A stretch of DNA of 63,816 nucleotides, the filler included, from Octopus bimaculoides (lineage: Eukaryota), in assembly GCF_001194135.2 (NCBI RefSeq). It is 4 parts of 3 records of this genome, joined end to end, with 100 filler letters (N's around TTAATTAATTAA, not from the genome) between each part and the next. Parts side by side here need not be neighbours in the genome. Positions count along the whole stretch, not along the records: positions 37,191 to 55,386 come from NC_068990.1; positions 55,487 to 63,816 come from NC_068997.1; 2 more parts are not named here. The stretch is one strand, 5' to 3'. The notes below the pieces were generated by a model. That model was not told the origin of the DNA. It saw only the letters and a program-made list of their open reading frames with translations, and ran no database searches. This document shows, one piece after another, positions 51,317-63,816 of this stretch; the stretch's first letter is position 1; every line of letters starts with the position of its first letter. The position numbers were made by a program, and so were the translations under genes.

Positions 51317-52458
51317 GAACAATTGTCAGAATAAGTTAAAAACTGTGAAAAGAAAATTTGAAGGAGATAGGATTTTTTACTCATTCTCTTTCATTTATGT
51401 TTGATAGTACTCAACAAGGTGACCACTGAATACAAACAACATAACCACTAATAAGCAAACGTACGTGTTGAATGGGATAAGACTCTGTTACAAGTCATGG
51501 GTAACTCCCTGTGTTGCTGATAACGAATCGGTTTGCCATTACGTTAAGTAGTTATTAATGTTAGGGCTAATACAATCGAGAACTGTAAGGCTAGAAATAA
51601 ACTCCACGATAGACGAGTCCATAAATTGATTTCAATTCTGAGTTATAACTGTATCATTTCACTTAGGTAATAAATAATATTGAAAAAGTTATTAATGTCG
51701 CTAACACTTATTTCGCAACTCATATAAATTTGAAGCCTCGTCCCAATGTAAGAAACCAATTTTAGGGCAGGATTTGATTGGTTACATCCATATCATAAGT
51801 ATGCTTGAGCAGAGACGATATGGGTTACACAACAACAACAACGACGACGACGACGACGACGACTACAACAACTATTTTAAAGAATGTTATTCTCTAAGGA
51901 ATTGTAAAAAGAAAGACTATATTTTCACTAAGTGTGTACCAATCAATATAAAAACCTATCATACTTTCTGTAGTTGGCGGTTATAAGAAATACAAGTCCG
52001 TAAATTTAATTCTAGTGTCAGATTTATCTCTTCTTCAAGTAAGAAATTTATTTGTTTTCTCATTTATCTACCGGTCGAAAGTTTGAAGGTTCGCATCATG
52101 TCGGCACACGCATTATGTCTATCCCTATAGCAATGAACTCTTCAGAGTTTAATCCAAATGGTTGTAAGCATACTCATGCATAGCTAGTAATAGGCTCAGG
52201 CCAAATATAAACTGCAGACCCAAATTCATACTAATCACGAAATATTATCAACGTCACATAAGAAATGTAGATTTGTTGCTAAACGCTTTCAGACTGAGAT
52301 ATTTCGTCCCTAGAAAGTTCCTTTAAAGACGTAGAGCGTTCAAAGCCAGGCGAAACGAATCGATCCAGAGGTTAACGAGAACCAAATATATCGATATTTT
52401 GCAGTTATTTTCGCTCATCGGTACCATATACTTGATTTAGCCAGGAAATGAATTCAAG

Positions 52459-52558
52459 GTATATACAGATAGCGTAAAATCTGCATATATCTGAATTTTA
52501 TACAAATAGCGTAAACTCTCTATATATATCTAAAGTATATACAGATAGCGTAAAATCT
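52459..52558. repeat. Three-copy ~38-bp minisatellite
   Basis: TATACA(G/A)ATAGCGTAAA(A/C)TCT at ~52459, 52498 and 52535. Confidence 0.8.
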
Positions 52559-53036
52559 ATATACTGATGTGCAACAGGTTTGCTCAAGGAAAATAAAAAA
52601 TTCCCATCACGAATCTTGGAAACCAATTCAAAAACGAAGAAATCACGATATATATATATATATATANNNNNNNNNNNNNNNNNNNNNNNNNNNNNNNNNN
52701 NNNNNNNNNNNNNNNNNNNNNNNNNNNNNNNNNNNNNNNNNNNNNNNNNNNNNNNNNNNNNNNNNNNNNNNNNNNNNNNNNNNNNNNNNNNNNNNNNNNN
52801 NNNNNNNNNNNNNNNNNNNNNNNNNNNNNNNNNNNNNNNNNNNNNNNNNNNNNNNNNNNNNNNNNNNNNNNNNNNNNNNNNNNNNNNNNNNNNNNNNNNN
52901 NNNNNNNNNNNNNNNNNNNNNNNNNNNNNNNNNNNNNNNNNNNNNNNNNNNNNNNNNNNNNNNNNNNNNNNNNNNNNNNNNNNNNNNNNNNNNNNNNNNN
53001 NNNNNNNNNNNNNNNNNNNNNNNNNNNCGATCGATC

Positions 53037-53069
<33 letters not shown>

Positions 53070-53151
53070 ATAAATAGATAAATCGCTAGATAGAGAGTGA
53101 GAGAGAGAAAAAGAGAGCCATACTGGACACAAACTGACACAGACAGACAAA

Positions 53152-53215
<64 letters not shown>

Positions 53216-53678
53216 TAATTTTAACTACAGGTGAAACTTAATCACTCATTGTAACATGGAGGAAAACAACAACAATAACAACCTCGGTCGATTGTCAACT
53301 AACGAGAACATCTACATGAAATCAACTCATTAGCTAGAAATAGCAACAAATTCTCCCTCAACATGCATTCCCTACCATTTGAATACGAGATAAAGGAAAA
53401 GGCATTGCCCAGTGTAGAGCCAAATATATATGAAAGAAGACGAAATGGTCACGGCTAGAACCCATTTTAACAAGGCCGAACAGTGTGGAAACAACAACAA
53501 CAACAACAACAATAACAATAACAAGAGTAACAACAACAACAGCAGCAGCAGCTATCACTCCCACCAAATGCAAACTTTCAATTGGCATTTTACTCACCAC
53601 GCTCAAGTGCGGAAAACTTCCCTGCCCTCCACACATCGCTCATGAAATGAGAATTAAAAAAAAATAAACAAATACATA

Positions 53679-53733
<55 letters not shown>

Positions 53734-54506
53734 GTAGAACAAATAAAAAATATAATGTCTAACTAGAATAAATAAATTGAAATTGCTGACGGTAGAACAA
53801 TAAAATCAGTTTTATTTCTTACTGTCAGCTAAAAGGTCTATTTAAACAGACGCTGTTTGTTTGCTTTCTTTGTCTTTATGGTAAGAGAAAATACATAGAA
53901 AACATGGCTTAGTAATTGATCGAAATATTATGTCAACGCACTTACATAAAGATTCTTTAGCATACAACTACTTTTAATAAGGAGTCTCTTTATGTTTTGT
54001 TGACAAACTGGTGACATGTTCTGCATTGTTTCTTTGTAGTCTTTTATGCTTCCATTAAGATCGAAATGTGAGTGTGTTTTGTGTGTGTGTGCGTGTTTTC
54101 TATGTTGGCTCGTGTTTCGATTTTTACTCGTGACGGTAGTGGGAAGGTTGGTGGCGGTGGTGAAGAATGGTGGGGGTGTTTCTTTATGCTTTCTGTGTTC
54201 GCTATTGAACAATAACACCGTTTGTCTTACCTATCTATCTACGATCGGATACAATGAAATATGGTGTGCGTGTATGTGCATGTGCGTGTATGTGTATGTG
54301 CATGTGCGTGTATGTGTATGTGCATGTGCGTGTATGTGTATGTGTATGTGCATGTATGTCTTTATATGATGTCTGTGTGACTGTATAAATATTGATATGT
54401 ATAAACATATTCGTGAAGTTATGCAAATACATATATACGCATACATAGATGTATACATACGTATATAAATTATATGTATTTGCGCGTGAGCGTTCTTATA
54501 TCGATA

Positions 54507-54543
<37 letters not shown>

Positions 54544-54663
54544 ATCATTCTTGCATATATACATATATATATACACACACACACATAAATACACATAAAT
54601 AAGTGCATAAAATATGTAATCCTATATATATATATGTGTGTGTGTGGTGGGGGTGCATTTTAC

Positions 54664-54723
<60 letters not shown>

Positions 54724-54828
54724 AAAATTCGATATTAATTAATATCAATTTAATACCAGGAAGCTAGCACATTAAAAGAATCAGAAGGTTCAGGAAAAAA
54801 AATTTTCGTGATCCTAAAAAGATTATAG

Positions 54829-55371
54829 TACTTGTGCATATAAGATTGACCAGAAACCGGTCTGTCAATATGCTAGAAGAAGCTCACTTAAAAAATTCTC
54901 AAATAAGGATTCAGCGGAGAAAAAACAGACGGGCGAGACCAGTGAAAATTATACATACCTCGGTTATTTACAGACTATAGTTTCAAAATCAATACTTCCA
55001 AATTAAAGTATCTATTTATCATCAGTACAAATTGCCGATATTATTATAATCGAACAGAATCTCGTGCTAGTTGTCTTCAACCAGTGAAAACGTGCACGTG
55101 ATTCTATCCATTATAAAGATTAAAATTCAAAAGTCTTAGTTTTGGCGCGCTGAATCCGGAAATATCTCTGCAGAAAATAATCTCTGCTTTGAATTTACCA
55201 ACTTTGAGAAATGTGATTATGGTTAATTAACATAATATGGTGAAAATTCGATATTAATTAATATCACCCGCTTGTTTTTGCTCCGCTGAATCCTTATTTG
55301 AGAATTTTTTAAGTGAGCTTCTTCTAGCATATTGACAGACCGGTTACTGGTCAATCTTATATACACAAGTA
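54829..55371. repeat. Inverted repeat, ~108-bp arms (54829-54936 / 55264-55371); MITE-like
   Basis: TACTTGTG(C/T)ATATAAGATTGACCAG..GGATTCAGCGGAG matched in reverse complement with few mismatches. Confidence 0.88.
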
Positions 55372-55486
55372 TATATATATATATATNNNNNNNNNNNNNN
55401 NNNNNNNNNNNNNNNNNNNNNNNNNNNNNNTTAATTAATTAANNNNNNNNNNNNNNNNNNNNNNNNNNNNNNNNNNNNNNNNNNNN

Positions 55487-55517
<31 letters not shown>

Positions 55518-56115
55518 TACACCCACATATATTTAGTGTATATATGCAGTCTTAGATGCTAAGAATGAAGTCATGGTAATCTACATTAATCTTATTCATC
55601 AATATATCAATCGATACTCTTGATGGCATCTGATGGTTCTGAACAAACGTTACATATAAACGTCGATACTCCGTAATTCCATGCAGATACCACCTCCTGA
55701 ATCGCGATACACTGTACTCGCTGTAAAAGTACACTTTAATCTTTGTGTACTTTTGTGACATCATGTAATGAATGAATACACGCCATTGTTTATATTTGGT
55801 AATTCTGCAAAGAGTACACATTAACCTTTATTCTCATTGACTGTTTAGAGAGTACATTTATGTGTACTCTTTATATTCTGTATCTGTGCTTTGTATCTGT
55901 CCCCGTCTTAATACTAAAGTAGAGTTGAAATATTTCGCGCTGTACCCCAGGTAGCCTCTATCAATTACAGGTACTACTGTATTTCCCTTGTTTGTGCTGT
56001 CGGCGAGTAGAACCCTTTTATATTTCACTTATTCATATATAGAAGAATAGCACCCATACCCCGTTTTTTGGAGCTTCCGAGAAGGTAAACCTTTATTCTT
56101 TGACCAGGGCTTTAC

Positions 56116-56154
56116 CTATTTCTGACAACAGACTGTATAGTTTATCAGAGGTAC
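56116..56154 (-). CDS. Candidate 39-nt phase 1-1 exon
   Basis: aatcccctgtctcttag|GTACC..AATAG|gtaaag; frame (G)TSDKLYSLLSEI(x). Confidence 0.4.
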   Translation of the reverse strand, partial: VPLINYTVCCQK

Positions 56155-56185
56155 CTAAGAGACAGGGGATTGCATCAAATGAGAT

Positions 56186-56425
56186 CATTGGCCCCCAACC
56201 ATTTTTTTGTCTATGGTCCCTTTTTGATTCGTATTTTACTCACTATCTAATATCCCCTATTCAATTTTTATGATTAAATATTATTAGCAATTCTATATTT
56301 AAAAAAAAAAATATTTCAATATTTTGTATATTGCAGAAATATAAGCAGTTTATTGCATATAAATTTTAACGACATTTTATAAGGACTTCCTAAGTGCAAA
56401 TATGGGTGTTGGTTGAGAACCACGC
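56186..56425. mobile_element. hAT-like MITE (~240 bp)
   Basis: Degenerate TIRs CATTGGCCCCCAACCA and (rc) GCGTGGTTCTCAACCA; flanking 8-mers AATGAGAT/GGTCAGAT match at 5 of 8. Confidence 0.45.
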
Positions 56426-56967
56426 GGTCAGATCTTATATTTAATCTGCCCTCTTTCAACAAACACAACAAGTCCGTCCTTCAAGCTTTTCCAGTTACCG
56501 TTTACAAACATCCCTTGAAAATGTTTTTGTTGACGAGTAAAAAACAGCGGGTTTCCGCATATTGTCTTCGAAATTCAAGCCTTCTAGTTGCCGACTGAAT
56601 TTCTTAATCTTAAGGTTTCATATCTCAATCGATATTGTGCACACTTTTTTTTATTCTTAAGGATCACATCAAGACCCAGTTCAGTGTTTTTATCAAATTT
56701 GGGATAAGCGCGATGTTTGATTGTATGGAATATAGGAAGGTGACGTATAAATTACATTGATGTCACGGGATATATTTCACAGATTATATGGATATATAAC
56801 ACTATGATGGATATAAAGATATATGACAATTATTTGTAACAAATATCATGGATATCATACACACAAACATATATATGCATACACATATATACACATACAT
56901 ACATATGTATAATATATATGCATACACACACATGTGTACCATACACATATATAAAAAGATATGTTGG

Positions 56968-56968
56968 C

Positions 56969-57034
<66 letters not shown>

Positions 57035-57090
57035 CATCATCATCATTATTATTATTATTTGGGTTCAACTTGTAGCCAAAATAAAATAAT

Positions 57091-57180
<90 letters not shown>
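56968..57180. repeat. (TAT)n / (AAT)n / (TAT)n microsatellites in alternating orientation
   Basis: Direct reading. Confidence 0.9.
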
Positions 57181-57310
57181 TAAGGCGGCGAACTAGCAGA
57201 ATCATTGGCGTGTCGGACAAAAATTCAATGCGGCATTTCATCCGGCTCTTTAAATTTTACGTTTCCATCATTGAAGTTAAATTTGCATTTTATCATTTCG
57301 GGGTGTTAAT
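57181..57310 (+). mobile_element. SINE family A, cut by a gap
   Basis: TAAGGCGGCGAACTAGCAGAATCATTGGCG.. Confidence 0.7.
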
Positions 57311-57539
57311 TAAATNNNNNNNNNNNNNNNNNNNNNNNNNNNNNNNNNNNNNNNNNNNNNNNNNNNNNNNNNNNNNNNNNNNNNNNNNNNNNNNNNNNNN
57401 NNNNNNNNNNNNNNNNNNNNNNNNNNNNNNNNNNNNNNNNNNNNNNNNNNNNNNNNNNNNNNNNNNNNNNNNNNNNNNNNNNNNNNNNNNNNNNNNNNNN
57501 NNNNNNNNNNNNNNNNNNNNNGCGTGTGCGTGTGTGTGT

Positions 57540-57750
57540 GTGTTTGTGTGTCTGTGTTTGTACCCCCACCACCGCTTGGACAACCGGTGCTGGTGTATTT
57601 GCGTTTCTGTAAATTAGCGTTTCAGCAAAAAGAGACCGATAGAATAAGTACTAGGCTCACAAAGAATAAGTCCTGGAGTCGATTTGTTCGACTAAAGGCG
57701 ATGCTCCAGCATGGCCGCAGTCAAATGACTGAAACAAATAGAAGAATAAA
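57540..57750 (+). mobile_element. SINE family B 3' half
   Basis: CCGCTTGGACAACCGG..GATAGAATAAGTACTAGGC..CGACTAAAGGCGATGCTCCAGCATGGCCGCAGTCAAATGACTGAAAC. Confidence 0.88.
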
Positions 57751-58708
57751 AGAATCGAAACAATACAATCACTCGCTTCGCTACTTCTGCGAAAAACTCT
57801 ATTATGGTCGAGCCAACTACCTTGCTACGTGGTTACCGTAATATCTAGAAAATCAAATGACCACTCGCCCTGCTAAAAATAACAGACAATTCTACCTCAT
57901 TAGTAAATCTACAATGCACTATACATGGTTTCTTGTTTGTCTAACCTAAGGAATAACTTAATATGAAATATATAACTTCGTAAAAATATACCTGAAATTC
58001 ATTGTTTAAAAAAGACACTATTACCACGAATATATATTTTCACACTCAGGTGAAACTTGTGCAAGTGTGTGCGTGTGTGTGTATATATATATGTGCGTGT
58101 GTATGTATATATATATATATATATACATGTAAAAGCCATCTTAAATTCAAATCCACCTCAATCGTACCATTATTGTCTTAGACGGAGCATAACCATGATA
58201 AGCATTGGCTATATATTTACAATTTGTAGGGATGAGGGGATATCTTAAAAACAACAACACACGCAGTGACTGTAGTTCACTTCATTATTGATTATTAATT
58301 AATAAATCTAAAATTAGTCTAATTAATTGTCTTTCACTGAAGAGAGTTTTGCCACCCAACTGTGCAATTTTTTATCGGTTCTCTTTTTATTACATAACTT
58401 CTTTTATCCTTTCATAAGAAATTTTTATTGGAAAGTATTAATACATGCAAAGAAAGAAATGCATATTTTAAAAATAATTTTGAAATTTTAATCAAATGTT
58501 TTAAAAATGTCCTTGGTATATTTTAATTTGTAATTCTGTTTCATACAACTTGTTTATTTTATTTCACTTGACTTTTCCATTTAGGGGTTAGTATTTCACC
58601 TATCGCCTCCTGGACCTGAGGTGTCTTTAGCCGAGCCAGGGTTCACTTTTTTGCAAGGATTTTGGACCAATTCCCTGGCCGGCGGATATCTCCTTAGCAT
58701 TCACTCAC

Positions 58709-58757
58709 CAATAAGAGCAGCCCGTATAAGAGCCATGAGCGCTTCTACTTCCTGTTC
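58709..58757 (-). CDS. Candidate 49-nt phase 0-1 exon
   Basis: ttattgtttcatcaatag|GAACAG..CTTATTG|gtgagt; frame EQEVEALMALIRAALI(G). Confidence 0.4.
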
Positions 58758-58961
58758 CTATTGATGAAACAATAACTATATACGAATGTAGGCCTAAATA
58801 TACTGTGTTTAAAAAAAATAGACAGGAATGGCATGGCTGGAATGTCTCTGATGAACGGTCTGATATTCCCAGTATAAGTTTGGACATAACTTTGGATATA
58901 TTAGATATATTAATGTAGCAATATACATACATACTCCATACGTTCTCTCTCTCTCTCGGTC

Positions 58962-59028
<67 letters not shown>

Positions 59029-59192
59029 CTTACCGTGTTTATATGTGCTTAAAATGTACAACATATATACATAAAATTATATATATATNNNNNNNNNNNN
59101 NNNNNNNNNNNNNNNNNNNNNNNNNNNNNNNNNNNNNNNNNNNNNNNNNNNNNNNNNNNNNNNNNNNNNNNTATATTTATATACATATATGT

Positions 59193-59245
<53 letters not shown>

Positions 59246-59727
59246 CACACATACATATATATATATACATATATACAAACATACATATAAAGATATATAA
59301 GTATATATATGCATATATATATATATAATATTATATAACGTTGCATATGATATGGCTATATATATATATATCTGTGTGTGTGCATGTGTGTGTGCTTGTA
59401 TGAGTGCTTGTATGCACATATTCCAAACACTTTGTTGCATCCATTATGTGTTCTTCTCTCCCTGCCTAGACTCATTGGGGCTACGGCTTCTACTCTTATA
59501 TATCATCGCTCACACTGGCCTTTTTATGTGGTCCAGAAGGATAAAGGTTCGAATTGAGCAATGCCACTGTTAATGTAATATTTCATGTGAAATTTAATAG
59601 GTTTCGTTTCTTCACAGCAACAGGAGCGAATCAGGAATGCATATATATTATACTAACATACATATGTGCACACTCACACACACACATATATACATACACA
59701 CAAACACACACACACACACATACACGC

Positions 59728-59769
<42 letters not shown>

Positions 59770-59880
59770 ATGTGTGTGTGTGCCTGTGTTAGTATATATT
59801 GTTAGAAACATATATATACAAACACTCTAAATATTTTGGTATTATATGTGTGTGTGTGTATGTGTGTGTTTTTGTATGTT

Positions 59881-59918
<38 letters not shown>

Positions 59919-60108
59919 GATAGCAACAAAATGCATCTAATGCATCTACATTCTTACTCTCAAACACCAAGTTGATATATAAAATGTGTGTGTGTGTATG
60001 TGCGTACTGTGTGTAGTGTGTGTGTGTGTGTGTGTGGTTAGGTTAGTGTACGTGTGTGATTGTATGTATATACGTGTGCAGGCCATGAACATTATCACTA
60101 CTAAGACA

Positions 60109-60182
60109 CCACCACCACCACCACCACCACAACCACCACCACCACCACCACAACCACCACCACCACCACCACCACCACCACC
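60109..60182. repeat. (CCA)n microsatellite
   Basis: Direct reading. Confidence 0.95.
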
Positions 60183-60956
60183 TTGACCTGCTACAAATAG
60201 CAAACAATTGTCCCTTAAGAAACATCAATTCGGCCCTAGAAAAGGAAGTCTTAGATATTCCTTATCCGACGTGATGGTCATATATGTTGAATAGAATATC
60301 TTTGATGATAAGTTTACTCAACCAGGAACGACCCAGGGTTAAATAGCAACAACTCAGCTACAATAGCCTTTCAGTATCCGTCAAACATACTCGAAAATAG
60401 CAGCTCATTCTCCCTCAAATCGCATACTGCTGTTTGAAAATCATCGGAACGTGTTTTAGACGATGTACTTAAACTACACCGTTAATAAAAGGCGGAATAG
60501 TGCCGAGAAGAACTCATCTGATTGCATAGGTTGCTCGTTTAGATTAGGATACGCGGTTAGATAACAAGAAAAAATCCAACATATCGAAATATGATGAGCG
60601 TAGAGAAGGCCAACTTTGTCAGTTGTGAGTTCGAACTAACATCGGGTCAACTTCACATTTCAATCTCCCTTGGATTTGATAGAATACAATACCAGTGATG
60701 TACTGTAACTCCAAGGTGACGGCTGATTTACTTTTTGCAGCAAATTAAATAGGACAATATCTAATGTTATATTTCGAGACGGTCATTTTGCCAATAAACA
60801 CACACGCAATTTACCTGCTCATCATTTTAAGCTTCATTATTATTTTTAGTGGATTCGACAGAGTTCTTTCGTCAGGCTTGTTCAGCGATTCGCTGTTCTG
60901 CTCCGTGTCTCACCTTATCACTGGTCTTTTCCAGTCCATAATAATACACAACATAC

Positions 60957-60975
60957 CAGAGAGCCGGATGAGAGC
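60957..60975 (-). CDS. Candidate 19-nt exon (alternative longer form 60914-60975)
   Basis: ttctgattttgttgtgtccag|GCTCTCATCCGGCTCTCTG|gtatgt = ALIRLS(G). The longer form's donor (AAG|gtgaga) overlaps a repeat motif. Confidence 0.3.
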
Positions 60976-61650
60976 CTGGACACAACAAAATCAGAAAGAA
61001 GATGAGACACAGAGAAGAACAGATGATAGTGATTGAATAAGTCACATATCGTGTGATGAAAGAACTCTCACAAATAAAGTAATGATAATAATAATGCAAA
61101 AGTGAAGATCAAATAAATAGTGCGTGTGTTTAGTAGCCAAATGACCGTCCCTAATTATAACAATATGTTTCAACAATGGATTTCAAATCAACAAGCTTGC
61201 AAAACAAATACATAAACGAGAGTATCTATGATCCTACAAAAAGTCTTATTCATTTTATAAGGCAGTAATGTATGATTTAGCTCTTCTTTCTAGTTCCCAT
61301 GATGAACACATTAAGCGCAAATTCTTCATTACAAAGACGGGGGTTACGGATTTAGACGTTGAACTATGCAACAGCTCAAATTCATTACGACTAAATAAGG
61401 CTAATATAAATTAAATATCAATTAAAAATAAAAGCAAAAATCGGAATAGCAGTCAGAGCACTCGAAAAGATGTGGGTTCAAATTTACTGAGAAGTATCAC
61501 AGAATGTATATGAATGCGTGTGATTCTATATACATACATACAAACATAGCATGTTTTCATATATACAATATATATGTATGTGTGTATGCATATGTATCTA
61601 TAATTGTGTGTGTATATATATATATACATATATGTGTGTGTTTGTACGTG

Positions 61651-61737
<87 letters not shown>

Positions 61738-61771
61738 ATGTGTGTGTGTGCGCGGGCGTGTACACATGCTC

Positions 61772-61829
61772 TCAGAGTTCGCCACTGTTCTTCCTAAGGC
61801 GACTGACGAACAACGACGAGAAACTCTGA
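61772..61829 (+). ncRNA. Type III-topology hammerhead-like motif (degenerate)
   Basis: TCAGAG-TT-CGCC..GGCG-A-CTGACGA-ACAACGACGA-GAAA-CTCTGA: 6-bp helix III plus A-U pair, 4-5-bp helix I, both core boxes in order; stem II unpaired. Confidence 0.45.
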
Positions 61830-62002
61830 CTAGCGTCACAGGAAAGCTCGGGTTTAGAAAAATACATTCTTCAGCTACTTAACAATATCGAATACTTTCT
61901 TCATTTATTTCCAGTCCTCCACAGTGTGGATCTATGCGCACATGAATATGCGTATACGTATATACACAAAATTCCATACACACAAACACATACGTAAACA
62001 CA

Positions 62003-62055
<53 letters not shown>

Positions 62056-62200
62056 CCAGGTATATGAATACATAGCTATCCTACGGTATGTTTTGGAAGA
62101 AGTACAATCTTTTAGGCAATTTAAAATCCGCACAACCGTTTATGTTAATTAAGTACTGTTTATTCTGAAGTGCCAAATAGTTTTGTCGTTCATCAGTTAC

Positions 62201-62251
62201 CTGGTCATTGGCAGATTAGCTGATATCCAATAAAGGATATCTTCAGAGAAG
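62201..62251 (-). CDS. Candidate 51-nt phase 2-2 exon
   Basis: atatatttctatag|CTTC..ACCAG|gtaact; only one frame open: xFSEDILYWISANLPMT(R/S). Confidence 0.4.
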
Positions 62252-62502
62252 CTATAGAAATATATCATACACAGAAAACACACACACACACAAGCACACA
62301 AGCACATGCATCTGAGCACAAACACATGCGCATTAAAATTTTTACAAATACTGAAGGCTACGTGTAGTGTTAAAATGCTTGAACATAAACCAGGGTGTTT
62401 TGCGTTCGATCGCAATGCGCGCGCCCATACACACATACATACATATATACACACATATACATATATACGTACATAATGCACACACAGACACAAACACACT
62501 CA

Positions 62503-62578
<76 letters not shown>

Positions 62579-63011
62579 AATATGCACACTAACATACCCA
62601 TATAATTCTTAATATGAATATCTAGATATCATGTATAGTACAAATATTTCTGCTAAAATATTTATATCATTCTGTTTCCGTGTGTGTGTGTGTGTGTGTG
62701 AGGGTGTGTGTGTGAATAACTGTGTGTGTGCGTATATATGTATGTGTATCTGTGTGTGAATGTGCGTGTGTGCGTATGTCTATGTGCGTGCGTGTGTGTC
62801 TGTGTGTACGTAAGCATGTGTGTGTGTGCATATGTATGTTTCAGTGTTTTTGTATTCTGTTATATTTTTATTTTACTGGAAAAATTCATGTGACTCCGTC
62901 CGAGCTGGAGCGGCGAACCGAATTATTTTCCTTTCGATATATTTCAAGGCATTATATTGTTCAGCGTGATTTAAATATGAAATTTTATTGGTGAAAAATA
63001 TTTACACTTAC

Positions 63012-63028
63012 GGAAAAGTAAATTTCTT
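63012..63028 (-). CDS. Candidate 17-nt exon
   Basis: aatttgttctccag|AAGAAATTTACTTTTCC|gtaagt; phase 0-2 join to 62251 gives KKFTFPFSEDILYW. Confidence 0.3.
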
Positions 63029-63083
63029 CTGGAGAACAAATTTTACGAGTAGGACAATTCTAGTTACAGTATGCGTATATATA

Positions 63084-63290
<207 letters not shown>

Positions 63291-63816
63291 AAAAGTGGCC
63301 ATTATATTTCCAAAACAGATATAATCACCAGACGACTTCGTTCTCACAAATTCCTCGTCCCTACGTAATTGAAAAATCCAGTAAGGTGTTAACTCGGATT
63401 TTCATGCATAACGTTATACTACACGAATATAACAGCAAAATTTAGCCAAATAGGAACAGGTTATAATTATTCATTCAAAAATTCATTCTGTAATATACAT
63501 AGATACACACACACACACACATGTATATATATACTAATACATACGTACAGAATTATGTTAATTATTCATTTGCGTAAGAATATGAGGGATTGATGCTCTG
63601 TGTTCTTTAGAAATGAAAGTGTAGTAGGGTCAATTCTAAAAGTATATTACTGATTCGAGACAAGAATGGCTATATTCATGCACATGAGTTTCTACATAGA
63701 GACGTACACATGCACACGCATTATATACATACATAGGTACATACATAGATGCACACGCACCAACACACACACACACGCACACACAAATGTATATATATAT
63801 ATATATATATATATAT

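Noticed and set aside
58585-58764. Plus-strand 60-codon open frame after a good acceptor (GLVFHLSPPGPEVSLAEPGF..SASTSCSY*)
   Set aside because: No convincing donor or homology; its end reads like the antisense of the minus-strand candidate. Not excluded without RNA data.
59470-59545. Plus-strand acceptor and possible exon
   Set aside because: Weak donor and no coherent plus-strand exon chain.
60914-60956. Longer form of the 60975 exon (GSHPALWYVVYYYGLEKTSDK)
   Set aside because: Downgraded: its donor lies in the AAGGTGAGACAC motif shared with the 33.8-kb repeat.

Overview
Eukaryotic, AT-rich, microsatellite-saturated DNA with many N gaps. The SINE-like families and repeat landscape resemble a coleoid cephalopod, probably Octopus (inference from recall, not a search). 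There is no intact long ORF; nearly all ORF-track entries are microsatellite or gap read-throughs. Supportable content: decayed retroelements (Penelope-like GIY-YIG and RT fragments, two RTE LINEs, two R4/Dong-like fragments, an L2/CR1/Jockey-group fragment), DNA transposon relics (two mariners, a mariner MITE, Tc1, a Helitron helicase piece, a hAT-like MITE), about 20 copies of four tRNA-headed SINE families, and many fold-back inversions. Most notable: (i) three hammerhead-ribozyme motifs, one with type III topology; (ii) an RTE LINE with a twin-priming-like 5' inversion; (iii) SINEs re-inserting serially at one target site; (iv) short minus-strand candidate exons, including a 12-nt microexon, that may belong to an unidentified large-intron host gene. 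All of this was read by eye and coordinates of decayed elements are approximate. I cannot claim a wholly new system.
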